From Desulfuromusa sp. (lineage in GTDB: Bacteria > Desulfobacterota > Desulfuromonadia > Desulfuromonadales > Geopsychrobacteraceae): DNA of 64,000 bases. The notes beneath the pieces are model-generated. The model ran no database searches, was not told the origin of the DNA, and saw only the letters and a list, made by a program, of their open reading frames with translations. The stretch lies in NCBI GenBank assembly GCA_027858895.1, contig JAQIBX010000178.1:193-64192 (forward strand), given 5' to 3'. The position numbers and the translations under genes are program-made. Positions 26,951-36,687 of the stretch are shown here, piece after piece. The stretch's first letter is position 1; each line of letters starts with the position of its first letter.

Positions 26951-27511
26951 ATGAAACAATTATTATTGCTGATGAGCTGTTTTTTTCTTTTGTCTGGTGC
27001 TGTTTATGCCGGGCCGGTGGTAGAAATGAAAACCAGCTTGGGATCCATACAGATTGAATTGAACACAGACAAAGCACCCCTGTCGGTGAAAAACTTTCTT
27101 GAGTATGTTGATCAGAAGTTTTATGACGGAACCATTTATCATCGTGTGATCAGAAATTTTATGATTCAAGGTGGCGGCTTTGATCAATACGAAAAAAGGA
27201 AAGAGCCACTAGGTCCGATAAAGAATGAAGCGGATAATGGTTTGAAAAATAAAAAAGGGAGTATCTCTATGGCACGTACCGGTGTCGTAGATAGCGCTAC
27301 CAGCCAATTTTTTATCAACTTAGTTGATAATGATGCCTTGAATCACCGTGGAACCACAGCAAGAGATTTTGGCTATGCCGTTTTCGGGCAGGTTATTGCC
27401 GGGATGGATGTAGTTGAAAAAATTGGCGCTGTAAAAACAATTTCAAAAAGCTCTTTGTTCAGGGATTATCCTGAACCACAGGTTATTGTTGAGTCTGTTC
27501 GCAGGCTATAA
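26951..27511 (+). CDS. Periplasmic cyclophilin-type peptidyl-prolyl cis-trans isomerase
   Basis: Signal peptide plus the motifs YHRVIRNFMIQGGGF and SMARTG..DSATSQFFIN. Confidence 0.9.
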   Translation: MKQLLLLMSCFFLLSGAVYAGPVVEMKTSLGSIQIELNTDKAPLSVKNFLEYVDQKFYDGTIYHRVIRNFMIQGGGFDQYEKRKEPLGPIKNEADNGLKNKKGSISMARTGVVDSATSQFFINLVDNDALNHRGTTARDFGYAVFGQVIAGMDVVEKIGAVKTISKSSLFRDYPEPQVIVESVRRL

Positions 27512-27550
27512 TCGAGCTAAGCTGGCCGATTCAGTCCAAAGGGGCGAGTC

Positions 27551-28294
27551 ATGTCGACGTTCCGGATCATGAGTTATCATATCAATGGCGGCCGAAATGC
27601 TGCCGGCGAGCTTGCTCCTGAGCTTTGCGCTGCAGTGATTCGTGCTCAAGAGCCTGAACTTGTCATGTTGCAGCGGGTTGGATCGCCGATTGGATTGAAC
27701 TCTGTTGATCGGTTGGCTGAACGGGTTGGTTTGCCAGCTTATGGATCTGATTCGGAAGGGGGCTGTGCCTTCTTATCTCGCTACCCTTTACATCATATCC
27801 AGGAGCTTCAACTTGGGTTTGGCGGCCAATGTATTCAAGCTGACCTTGAGCATGAGAACGAGAGGATCCATCTATTTAATTTAACCCTTTCCTGGGATAT
27901 TCGCCAGCGTCGTGAGCAGGTTAAGCTCCTGATGGGGGAAAAGCTGCTGAATAACCCTTATCTGCCATGCGCAACAATTATCTGTGGCGATTTTGGGCTA
28001 CCTTTGTGGGGGAGCGGTCAAGTTCCTCTCAATGAACATCTTAAGCGTGCTAACTTTCCTGTCTGGCGTGCTAATTTCCCCGGAAAGATACCGATCTGGG
28101 GGCGTGACCGGGTTTATTTTCGTGGTCCAATCAAAGCGCTATCAGGCAATGTTCTCATGACTGCTGAGGCGCGTAAGGCGTCTACACACCTGCCCCTGGT
28201 TCTTACTGTTGAAACAAGCGATACCCGTGAAGTTTTAACAATCAAAAAAACTGCTCGGGTTTCCCCCAAACAACCCAATCCGGTTTGTGGATAA
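27551..28294 (+). CDS. Endonuclease/exonuclease/phosphatase (EEP) family protein
   Basis: 247 aa with an EEP-like layout (SYHINGG.., LQRV, ICGDFG). This is a family-level call only. Confidence 0.6.
   Translation: MSTFRIMSYHINGGRNAAGELAPELCAAVIRAQEPELVMLQRVGSPIGLNSVDRLAERVGLPAYGSDSEGGCAFLSRYPLHHIQELQLGFGGQCIQADLEHENERIHLFNLTLSWDIRQRREQVKLLMGEKLLNNPYLPCATIICGDFGLPLWGSGQVPLNEHLKRANFPVWRANFPGKIPIWGRDRVYFRGPIKALSGNVLMTAEARKASTHLPLVLTVETSDTREVLTIKKTARVSPKQPNPVCG
28286..28294 (-). promoter_or_regulatory. Isolated perfect DnaA box at the 3' end of the EEP gene
   Basis: TGTGGATAA, the last codons plus the stop of ORF 27551-28294. Functionality is unknown. Confidence 0.3.
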
Positions 28295-28325
28295 GTTTTA
28301 TCTGCCATCAGAAAAAGATTCCAAC

Positions 28326-28967
28326 ATGAAAAAAGCGGAACAAGCACTGCAATTGTTGCAAGCGCTCAAAAACGTTTATCCAGCGGCTCACTGTGCACTC
28401 ATCTATCGGAACCCATGGCAGCTACTGGTTGCAACGATTCTTTCGGCACAATGTACCGATAAGCGGGTCAATCTGGTCACCGAAAAGCTTTTTAAAATTC
28501 TCCCCAGTCCGGAGCAGATGGCCGCAGCCAGTCAGGAACAGGTGGAAGATTTGATCCATTCCACCGGTTTTTTTCGAAATAAGGCTAAAAATTTGATTCG
28601 TTGTGCTGAACAGGTGTTGACACGCCATCAGGGTGAGGTTCCAGCAGATCTCGATGCTTTGGTTGCGTTAAATGGAGTTGGTCGAAAAACTGCCAATGTC
28701 GTTCTGGGCAATGCGTATGAGATTCCTGGAATGGTCGTCGATACTCATGTCAAACGGTTGGCTCGCCGGTTTGGCTGGACGAAATCAAACAATCCGGAAC
28801 AAATAGAAAGAGAATTAAGTCGCTTGCTACCAGCGTCCGATTGGACTCAGTGTGGCCATACTTTAATTGCTCACGGTCGAGCACGCTGCAAAGCCCCCAC
28901 CCCAACCTGTAGCTCCTGCCCCATCATAGATCTCTGTCCTCGCATAGGTGTGGACAATTCACGGTAA
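28326..28967 (+). CDS. nth: Endonuclease III
   Basis: Contains LVATILSAQCTD, the HhH motif LNGVGRKTANVV and the 4Fe-4S loop CKAPTPTCSSCPIIDLC. The start was chosen at MKKAEQ (28326). Confidence 0.92.
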   Translation: MKKAEQALQLLQALKNVYPAAHCALIYRNPWQLLVATILSAQCTDKRVNLVTEKLFKILPSPEQMAAASQEQVEDLIHSTGFFRNKAKNLIRCAEQVLTRHQGEVPADLDALVALNGVGRKTANVVLGNAYEIPGMVVDTHVKRLARRFGWTKSNNPEQIERELSRLLPASDWTQCGHTLIAHGRARCKAPTPTCSSCPIIDLCPRIGVDNSR

Positions 28968-29032
28968 GGGCCTTGGTCGGTTTTGACGAAAAGGTCGCTA
29001 GGAAAGATTGAACTTGTGGCAAGTAGATAAAT

Positions 29033-29068
29033 AAAAAGCTCCGCAACAGATGTTGCGAAGCTTTTTTG
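29033..29068. terminator. Bidirectional intrinsic terminator between nth (+) and the csp gene (-)
   Basis: Stem aagctccgcaac / gttgcgaagctt flanked by an A-run and a T-run. Confidence 0.7.
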
Positions 29069-29123
29069 GTTTACCCTCAAAGATTCTATTACCGGCAGTT
29101 GAAACTGTCGACAACGATCAAAT

Positions 29124-29324
29124 TTAAGCTTTCATTACGTTCGCGGATTGCGGACCTTTATCTCCTTGGATTACATCAAAAGTCACTCGATCGCCTTCAG
29201 CCAGGGACTTGAACCCTTCTGATTGGATCGCTGAAAAGTGAACAAAAACATCTGGACCATTGTCTTGCTCAATAAAACCAAACCCTTTAGAATCATTAAA
29301 CCACTTTACTGTACCTTCTGCCAT
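29124..29324 (-). CDS. Cold-shock protein (CspA family)
   Basis: 66 aa with [15 protein letters not shown] (RNP1) and VFVHFS (RNP2). Confidence 0.95.
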   Translation of the reverse strand: MAEGTVKWFNDSKGFGFIEQDNGPDVFVHFSAIQSEGFKSLAEGDRVTFDVIQGDKGPQSANVMKA

Positions 29325-29552
29325 GCTGTTGCTCCTTATACGTTTTTACGAGGGTAACCGAGACACGATAGCTTCGTTTCTAGCACAGGCTAATTTTAAA
29401 AACAACGTTATTTTTTAATGATATGCTTATCTTTTCTAGCAAAGTACCCAAACTAACAGTAGATATTTTTTCCAAGCTTTTTGCTGAACAACACATAGCC
29501 GCACAATATTAAGTGTAGTTGTCTCTATCTGTCTGGAATTTTGTTGGAATTT

Positions 29553-29581
29553 TTGACGCTCTACAGGGGAAAGTGTATCAT
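29553..29581 (+). promoter_or_regulatory. Candidate sigma-70 promoter for acnA
   Basis: TTGACG, a 17-nt spacer, then TATCAT, about 80 nt upstream of ATG 29659. Confidence 0.4.
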
Positions 29582-29658
29582 GTTATCAGCAAGTCTTTTT
29601 CTTCATTTAAAAACTGAGTCATCGCGTGCATATATAAACTTTTCAGAGGAGGTCGCCG

Positions 29659-32313
29659 ATGAATGGCAACTCATTTAACAGTGCAAAAACCCTGAATGTT
29701 GCAGGGCGTCAATATCGATACCAGAGTCTCAAAGCTGTTGCCGCTAATGGTCACAGTGATTTGGAGGCTCTTCCATTTACAATCAAGGTGCTCCTGGAAA
29801 ACTTGCTGCGCAAGGAAGATGGTGAAGCGGTCAAGCGCAGCGACATAGAAGCCGTTGCCACCTGGCAGCCAGATCAGGATCAAACCGGCGAGATTTCCTA
29901 TAGTCCGGCTCGCGTTTTAATGCAGGATTTTACCGGGGTTCCGGCAATTGTTGATTTGGCAGCGATGCGGGATGCAGTCGCCAGAAACGGCGGTGATCCG
30001 GCAAAAATAAATCCGCAAATCCCGGTTGATCTGGTGATCGACCATTCAGTTATGGTCGATCAATTTGGCAAACCCGGTGCTTTGGCTGCTAACGTAGAAA
30101 AGGAGATGGTGCGTAACCGTGAACGGTATGCTTTTTTGCGCTGGGGGCAGAAGGCTTTTAATAACTTCCGTGTCGTGCCACCTGGAACCGGTATTTGTCA
30201 CCAGGTCAATCTGGAATATCTCGCCCAAGCGGTCTGGAGTCAAGAGGTTGATGGGGAAACCTGGGTCTACCCAGATACTCTGGTTGGAACTGACAGCCAC
30301 ACCACCATGATCAATGGTCTCGGGGTGCTCGGTTGGGGTGTTGGCGGGATTGAAGCTGAAGCAGCCATGCTGGGGCAGCCGATTTCTATGTTGATTCCCG
30401 AAGTCATCGGGTTCCGTTTAACCGGACAGCTCAGTGAAGGAATTACTGCTACAGACCTTGTATTGACAGTAACGCAGCAGCTGCGCGCCCATGGGGTGGT
30501 GGGTAAATTTGTGGAATTTTTCGGTGTCGGTTTGTCCCAACTACCACTGGCCGATCGCGCAACGATTGCCAATATGGCACCCGAATACGGCGCAACCTGC
30601 GGATTCTTCCCGATCGATCAAATCACTCTCGATTATCTGACTCTGTCCGGGCGCAGTGCAGAAACCGTGGCACTGGTTGAAGCTTATTGTAAAGAACAGG
30701 GGTTGTGGCGTAGTGATGAACTCCCCGATCCCCGCTATAGCGCGGTTCTGGAACTTGATCTGGCAACGGTCAAACCGAGTTTAGCGGGACCGAAGCGTCC
30801 GCAGGACCGGGTCGTCTTGGAAAAGATGCGTAGCGCCACAGAAGATATTTTTCCTGAAGCAGATTCGGAGAACGGGGTTGCAATTTCTGGCAGTACAGAC
30901 GAGCTGAATCATGGTGACGTCGTCATTGCGGCAATTACTTCCTGTACCAATACCTCCAATCCTGCGGTCATGATGGCTGCAGGATTGGTCGCAAAAAAGG
31001 CGGTTGAAAAAGGGTTGCAGCAAAAGCCCTGGGTAAAAACATCGTTGGCACCAGGCTCTAAGGTGGTTACGGATTATCTGGCTAAAGCCGGATTACAGAA
31101 CTATCTCGACCAGCTCGGTTTCAATATCGTTGGTTATGGTTGTACAACCTGTATCGGTAATTCAGGTCCACTGACCGGTCCGATTGCTGAAGCGATTGAT
31201 GCTGGAGATTTAACCGTCTGTTCGGTTCTTTCTGGAAACCGTAACTTCGAAGGGCGAATCCATGCCCAGGCCAAAGCAAATTGGCTTGCTTCTCCACCCT
31301 TGGTTGTTGCCTTTACCCTTGCGGGCACCACCCGCATTGATCTGACCAGTGAGCCGCTCGGTGTCGACAGTTCTGGTGAGCCGGTTTATTTGAAGGATAT
31401 CTGGCCAAGTAATGCCGAGGTAGCAGAAATGGTTGCGTTGGTTAATGCGCAGATGTTCCTCAAAGAATATGCAGAAGTGTTTACCGGGGACGAGAGTTGG
31501 CGCAGCCTTCCGGTACCGGAAGGGTTAACATATGCTTGGGACCCTGATTCCACCTACATCCGTCCTCCTTCTTTCTTTGATCGATTGCAGGTTTCAAAAA
31601 TCTATCCCGGCTTTGAGCAAGCGAAGGTACTTGCACTGCTTGGTGATTCGATAACCACCGATCATATCTCCCCCGCAGGGTCGATTAACGCAACCAGTCC
31701 AGCAGGTCAATATCTCCAGGAGCATCAAATAGCAGAGCAGGGTTTCAATTCCTACGGATCGCGACGTGGCAACCACGAAGTAATGATGCGCGGCACCTTT
31801 GCCAATATTCGTCTGCGAAATAAAATGCTGCCCGGGACTGAAGGAGGAGTGACAAAATATCTGCTGACCGGTGAGGAGATGAGTATCTTTGCGGCTGCAA
31901 ATCTCTATCAAGCTGAACAGATTCCGTTGGTTGTTATTGCGGGGAAGGAATATGGCACCGGCTCCAGCCGTGACTGGGCAGCCAAGGGAACCCAGCTACT
32001 CGGGGTCAAAGCGGTTCTGGCTGAAAGCTACGAGCGGATCCATCGTTCCAATCTGGTCGGGATGGGAGTGCTCCCGCTCCAGTTTTTGGCTGGATCTTCA
32101 GCTGAAAGCCTCCACCTGGATGGCAGTGAAACATTTAGTTTGCCGGCTGTCGATGGTCTGAAGTCAAAACAGCTGCTGACCTTAACCATGACTCGTGTCG
32201 ATGGTAGGCAGGAAAAACTCGAGGTTCTGTGTCGTGTGGATACGGACCGGGAAGTGACATTTTTCGAGAGCGGCGGAATTCTTAATCATGTGTTGTTGGA
32301 GTTGATAAAGTAA
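29659..32313 (+). CDS. acnA: Aconitate hydratase A
   Basis: 884 aa with Fe-S ligand motifs ITSCTNTSNP and GCTTCIGNSG. Confidence 0.95.
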   Translation: MNGNSFNSAKTLNVAGRQYRYQSLKAVAANGHSDLEALPFTIKVLLENLLRKEDGEAVKRSDIEAVATWQPDQDQTGEISYSPARVLMQDFTGVPAIVDLAAMRDAVARNGGDPAKINPQIPVDLVIDHSVMVDQFGKPGALAANVEKEMVRNRERYAFLRWGQKAFNNFRVVPPGTGICHQVNLEYLAQAVWSQEVDGETWVYPDTLVGTDSHTTMINGLGVLGWGVGGIEAEAAMLGQPISMLIPEVIGFRLTGQLSEGITATDLVLTVTQQLRAHGVVGKFVEFFGVGLSQLPLADRATIANMAPEYGATCGFFPIDQITLDYLTLSGRSAETVALVEAYCKEQGLWRSDELPDPRYSAVLELDLATVKPSLAGPKRPQDRVVLEKMRSATEDIFPEADSENGVAISGSTDELNHGDVVIAAITSCTNTSNPAVMMAAGLVAKKAVEKGLQQKPWVKTSLAPGSKVVTDYLAKAGLQNYLDQLGFNIVGYGCTTCIGNSGPLTGPIAEAIDAGDLTVCSVLSGNRNFEGRIHAQAKANWLASPPLVVAFTLAGTTRIDLTSEPLGVDSSGEPVYLKDIWPSNAEVAEMVALVNAQMFLKEYAEVFTGDESWRSLPVPEGLTYAWDPDSTYIRPPSFFDRLQVSKIYPGFEQAKVLALLGDSITTDHISPAGSINATSPAGQYLQEHQIAEQGFNSYGSRRGNHEVMMRGTFANIRLRNKMLPGTEGGVTKYLLTGEEMSIFAAANLYQAEQIPLVVIAGKEYGTGSSRDWAAKGTQLLGVKAVLAESYERIHRSNLVGMGVLPLQFLAGSSAESLHLDGSETFSLPAVDGLKSKQLLTLTMTRVDGRQEKLEVLCRVDTDREVTFFESGGILNHVLLELIK

Positions 32314-32345
32314 CAAATTTTAGCGGTATTAAATGGATTTATTCC

Positions 32346-32376
32346 GGGTGCAGTTACATTGCTGCACCCGTTTTTT
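32346..32376 (+). terminator. Intrinsic terminator after acnA
   Basis: gggtgcag-ttacattg-ctgcaccc followed by gttttttat. Confidence 0.75.
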
Positions 32377-33085
32377 ATTCTACGGCTAGGATTTCCAGGA
32401 CAATCAACCGATCTTCTTCGACTTTCCAGCGAATATTATAGCAATCTAACAGCGCGCCATACTCCTGTAAATCTTTCTTGTTTCCTCGATAGGCTGGGCG
32501 TGGGTCCAGGCTGAGGGCTTCCCGAACCAATGTCTCCAGCTCTGGAGAGACCTTTTGGTAGAGAATGATTTGTTTCTGCGCGATGGCGGTAAATTCAACC
32601 AGCAGGTTTGGTTTTGGTGCCTCTTCAGCAAAGCCGCCCGTTGCATCCGGAACGCTATCACCATAGGGGATATAGGGTTTGATATCGAGGATCGGGGTGC
32701 CATCGATCAGGTCTGCTCCCAGCACTTCCAGTGAAACAGCTCCTTTATCAATGTTGATAGAGAGTAATTTAACTGCAGAGAGGCCAATTGGGTTAGGTCG
32801 AAACGGTGATCTGGAAGCGTAGACTCCAACCCGCTGGTTGCCACCTAAACGGGGTGGGCGAACGGTCGGTTTCCATTCCTTTTGCCAATTCTGATGAAAC
32901 AGAAAAATCAACCAGAGATGGCTGAATCCTTCTAAGCCACGAACCGCTTCCGGGGTAGCAAAGTCAGGAGCAAAATCAATCCGGGCGCGAATGGATGGGG
33001 CCAAACCCGGTTGGCGCGGGGTGGCAAATTTTTCCTTAAATGGAGTGTGGATGATGGCGATCGGTTCGAGGGCGTAGTTCATCAT
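32375..33085 (-). CDS. trmO: tRNA (N6-threonylcarbamoyladenosine(37)-N6)-methyltransferase TrmO (TsaA/YaeB family)
   Basis: 236 aa with IAIIHTPFKEKFATPRQP and RPNPIGLS motifs. Confidence 0.8.
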   Translation of the reverse strand: MMNYALEPIAIIHTPFKEKFATPRQPGLAPSIRARIDFAPDFATPEAVRGLEGFSHLWLIFLFHQNWQKEWKPTVRPPRLGGNQRVGVYASRSPFRPNPIGLSAVKLLSINIDKGAVSLEVLGADLIDGTPILDIKPYIPYGDSVPDATGGFAEEAPKPNLLVEFTAIAQKQIILYQKVSPELETLVREALSLDPRPAYRGNKKDLQEYGALLDCYNIRWKVEEDRLIVLEILAVE

Positions 33086-33096
33086 AGCCTCTGCTT

Positions 33097-34098
33097 TTAG
33101 TTGGTTCTTTGTCCGGGGGCTTTACCTTTTCTGCTGCTCAACCAGACACCGCAGAAAACCAATCCGCAGGCCAGCCACTGCGACATGTTTAGTTTGTCGC
33201 CAAGGATAACCATGCCCAGAATAACGCTGAAAACCGGAATCAGGTTCACATATCCTGCGGCACGACTGGCGGGAATGCGGCTGACGCCATAATTAAAACA
33301 GCCATAGGCACCGAAGGTGATCAGGGTTCCCAGATAAATCACAGCCAGTGCCGGGGTTGTATCCCAGATGATAGGCCACTCGACACCGGGGAGGAACAGA
33401 AAGGGAAAAAAGAATAGACTGCCAATAAATGCTTGAAAAGCGGTCAGGAAAAGTGGCGGGTAATTGTTGGTCAGATGTTTAAGCGAAACCGTACAACCGG
33501 CGGCAAAAACCATCGCCAAAAACTCAAAAAAATTCCCTACTAAAGGGTTAGGTGCATTTACGTGGGTGTCACTTGCCAGACTAAGCCAGCAGGCACCGAT
33601 AATTGCAATGGTGAACCCGACCAGCGTTTGTTGGCTGATGCTCTCTTTCAATAGGCTCCACGCCAGAATTGCCACCAGTAACGGGAGCATGGCGGTAATC
33701 ATTCCTGCTTGTGAGGCACTGGTGAGTTCCAGGGCCTTGGCTTCAAAGACATAATAAAGGCAAGGTTCGCAGATTCCCATAATCAAAAAATATTTGAGAT
33801 CGCGCCGGCGCCAGGGGATTTTACGGAAAGAGGGGATAAATACCACAAAACAGAGGCTGGCAATAAACATCCGCCCGAAAATAACCTGCATCGGGTGATA
33901 ACCCTGAAAAGCCAGCTTCAGGGCAACAAAAGAGCTGGCCCAGAGCAACATGGCTGTGATCAGGCTGATGGTCGGTAGTAAGCGACGGGTTTCTTCAGTC
34001 AAAGGGAGCTCCGAGGGTGAGGATTCAAACGGAGCTAAAGATAGTCTGGTTAAGGTTAAGATGCCACAAAAATCGGGGGAAGAGCAGTTGTTGATCAT
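33097..34098 (-). CDS. EamA/DMT-family transporter
   Basis: About 10 TM helices in two EamA-like halves. The real start is probably internal (TTG at 34002, preceded by GGAG). Confidence 0.75.
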   Translation of the reverse strand: MINNCSSPDFCGILTLTRLSLAPFESSPSELPLTEETRRLLPTISLITAMLLWASSFVALKLAFQGYHPMQVIFGRMFIASLCFVVFIPSFRKIPWRRRDLKYFLIMGICEPCLYYVFEAKALELTSASQAGMITAMLPLLVAILAWSLLKESISQQTLVGFTIAIIGACWLSLASDTHVNAPNPLVGNFFEFLAMVFAAGCTVSLKHLTNNYPPLFLTAFQAFIGSLFFFPFLFLPGVEWPIIWDTTPALAVIYLGTLITFGAYGCFNYGVSRIPASRAAGYVNLIPVFSVILGMVILGDKLNMSQWLACGLVFCGVWLSSRKGKAPGQRTN

Positions 34099-34168
34099 CT
34101 ACCGGAAAATGAACAGCTAGAGCCTTAGACTAGACAAGTTAAGCATTACAATCAATTTTTGGGCCAGC

Positions 34169-34204
34169 AAAGGATCTTCACCTTATTGCAGATGAAGATC
34201 CTTT
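34169..34204 (-). other. 12-bp perfect hairpin between the mini-lipoprotein gene and the EamA gene
   Basis: aaaggatcttca-N12-tgaagatccttt. No clear U-run follows on the minus strand, so it could be an attenuator or a stability element. Confidence 0.35.
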
Positions 34205-34221
34205 GTGGATCATGGGTAAGA

Positions 34222-34359
34222 TTAACGGCCGGGTTCTTGGTGCTCTTGGGCATCAAAGACCTGGCCACAGGAAGGACACTTAACCATGTGTGGTGTTGCG
34301 CAGGCTGATAGTGCAAAAGCCATAACCAACAGAATTCCCCAAATTTTAATTTTCTTCAT
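34222..34359 (-). CDS. 45-aa putative lipoprotein with a CxxC knuckle
   Basis: MKKIKIWGILLVMAFALSAC (signal peptide plus lipobox LSAC) followed by ATPHMVKCPSCGQVFDAQEHQEPGR. A strong RBS AAAGGAGAAAAACC precedes ATG 34359. Confidence 0.6.
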   Translation of the reverse strand: MKKIKIWGILLVMAFALSACATPHMVKCPSCGQVFDAQEHQEPGR

Positions 34360-34624
34360 GGTTTTTCTCCTTTTAGTGAGGGTTTCTCTTTTGAGCTGAT
34401 AATGAACAATCAACCCGAAACAGACCTATTTAGCTGAGCCGGAAAATCCAGTCATTTGTCAAATTACAGTTCTTACAGCCTGAAACTTTGACTACTTTTA
34501 CTCAGCTTGAAAGTTATTCTAAAGAAATTGATGGTGCAGGAATGTAAGCCGGGAGACAATCTGAGGGATTTTTTATTTTATGCGAAAAAAGGGATATAAA
34601 GCAGTCGATCAATAGAACTCAGAA

Positions 34625-35299
34625 TTATTGCCGAAGTGTTTCGAGATTTGGGAGCAATAAGGATCGGTAGGATGTTTCCACCAGCCCGGCACGTTTCAAA
34701 AGACCAAGTTCTTCAGCAACAGATTCGCGGGTTGCGCCAACGAGATAAGCAATGTCTTTTTGGGTGATCGAAAGCCTTACTTTTCCGCCCGCCTCTGGAA
34801 TGCCATGTTTTTCGGCTAGGCGGATTAACGCTGTACGCACTCTTTCAGCAACGGATTGGTACGTGAGATCCTGTAGCCGGGATTCCATTTCCCGCAAGCG
34901 GAAACCAATCAGTTTCATGACCTTAAAGGTCAATTCCTGATGCTCAACAAGAAATTTTTGAAATTTATCTCGTGGGAAAATACAGACCAAACTATCTTCT
35001 GTGGCTTCAGCAAAATGGGAGCGTTGTTGTTCGTCGGTCAAAGCAAGTTCGCCGAAAATTTCACCTGGGCCAAGAACATCAAGAGTAATTTCATCACCAT
35101 CCTGATTGACCCTTCCCAGCCGGACTTTACCCTCCTTAACCAGATAAATCTTGTCGCTTAACTCGTCAGATAAATAAAACTGGTGCTTACGCCGGCAGGT
35201 CACCATTTTGCTGATTTCTGCAAGCCATTCGTGTTCTTCTTCGCTTAAACTCGAAAACAGCCCGCCGGTTTTTTTGATGTACCAGATTTTTTGTTCCAT
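34625..35299 (-). CDS. CRP/FNR-family transcriptional regulator
   Basis: 224 aa with a cNMP-binding-like fold (LVKEGKVRL..GEIFGE) and a C-terminal HTH (TQKDIAYLVGATRESVAEEL). It has no N-terminal Cys cluster, so it is not a classical O2-sensing FNR. Confidence 0.85.
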   Translation of the reverse strand: MEQKIWYIKKTGGLFSSLSEEEHEWLAEISKMVTCRRKHQFYLSDELSDKIYLVKEGKVRLGRVNQDGDEITLDVLGPGEIFGELALTDEQQRSHFAEATEDSLVCIFPRDKFQKFLVEHQELTFKVMKLIGFRLREMESRLQDLTYQSVAERVRTALIRLAEKHGIPEAGGKVRLSITQKDIAYLVGATRESVAEELGLLKRAGLVETSYRSLLLPNLETLRQ

Positions 35300-35829
35300 T
35301 AGGTCCTCACAGATTCCAAGTAGCTTAGAGCAATCATATCAGCATCCTTAATAACAACAAGGGGAAAACAGCTAAGTCTCATCCCGAGGATCGGCTCTTA
35401 CAATTTCCAAACTAAGGAACAGGCTTTTTGGTCGATAAGTTTGACTTGGTCGTATTGATTGGGTTTCTACGCAGACCCGCTAAATAAATAGCCATGCTGA
35501 AGTGCTTATCATTCCCGCCAATACATGACAAAAAAGGTCGGTATTCCGCTGTTCAATGTGCTATATTCCACAGAACAGGCTTTTAATCTTTCAAAGAGTT
35601 CCTTAACGGACTGTTTTTATTTGAATAAAAAGTTGGCAGATGGTTGATAAATAAGTTTGTCAAGTTTAATAAGCATACAATACAAACTTGCCTAAACTAC
35701 GAAAAGGGGTTGTTTACAATTCCTGTCATGCGCGGATGGAACTTTGGCCGCCAAAGGACGTCTTATTTGTATCCTGGGGCACAGAGATGAATTGCGTACT
35801 CAGGTTAACTGTTATTGAAGGGGGAAAAT

Positions 35830-36651
35830 ATGCGTTCTATTCCCAAAATTTTATTCATCACGATCCTTCTGTTGATCGTTAGCACCAACGTTTACGCTGC
35901 GCCGAAAGCTGAACTCTGGCCGCGCTGGCAGGTAAACGCTGCGCCGAGCAGTGTCCGCGTCGACCACTCCGCCTGGGCACAATTTCTGGATAAATACTTA
36001 GTTGTCGGCAAGGTCGGGTCAGCAAACCTGGTTCGCTATGCCGAGGTCAGTTCTGCGGATAAAGACTCTCTCGCACAATACCTTACCGAACTGAGCGCCG
36101 TGCCGATGTCAAAACTCAACCGCGCCGAACAAAAATCTACCTGGATCAATCTCTACAATGCCCTGACCGTCCATACGATTCTTGACCACTATCCGGTCAA
36201 GAGCATCCGGGATATCAGCTCTGGTTGGTTCAGCGGTGGCCCCTGGGATTTGAAACTGGTCAGAGTGGAAGAAATCGAACTGTCTCTCAACGATATCGAG
36301 CATCGTATTCTGCGGCCGATCTGGCAGGACAACCGGGTCCACTATGCCGTGAATTGTGCCAGTCTGGGCTGCCCGAATCTACAGTCGGAACCCTTCACCG
36401 CCGAAAACAGCGAACGGCTACTCACAGAAGCTGCCCGCGATTTTATTAATAGTCCTCGCGGAGTTGATATTAACGACAAGCGTCTGCTTCTTTCAAGTAT
36501 CTACGAATGGTTTCAGGTCGATTTTGGTGCTTCTGAGACGGCCCTGCTAAGTCATCTTGAACGGTTTGCTGCGGCCGATTTAGCTGCTAATTTGAAGAAT
36601 TATCGAGGGACTATTTCCTATCAGTACAACTGGGACTTAAACAAAGAATAG
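35830..36651 (+). CDS. Secreted DUF547-domain protein
   Basis: Signal peptide MRSIPKILFITILLLIVSTNVYA. Contains WINLYNALTV and HYAVNCASLGCPNL, which I recall as typical of DUF547. Confidence 0.7.
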   Translation: MRSIPKILFITILLLIVSTNVYAAPKAELWPRWQVNAAPSSVRVDHSAWAQFLDKYLVVGKVGSANLVRYAEVSSADKDSLAQYLTELSAVPMSKLNRAEQKSTWINLYNALTVHTILDHYPVKSIRDISSGWFSGGPWDLKLVRVEEIELSLNDIEHRILRPIWQDNRVHYAVNCASLGCPNLQSEPFTAENSERLLTEAARDFINSPRGVDINDKRLLLSSIYEWFQVDFGASETALLSHLERFAAADLAANLKNYRGTISYQYNWDLNKE

Positions 36652-36687
36652 ATTGTTAGTTCAAACCTTACTCCGGAGTTTTCACCC

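Noticed and set aside
35688-35882. 64-aa ORF in the CRP/DUF547 spacer
   Set aside because: It has no RBS, it overlaps the well-supported DUF547 start (RBS plus signal peptide at 35830) in another frame, and its composition is unremarkable.
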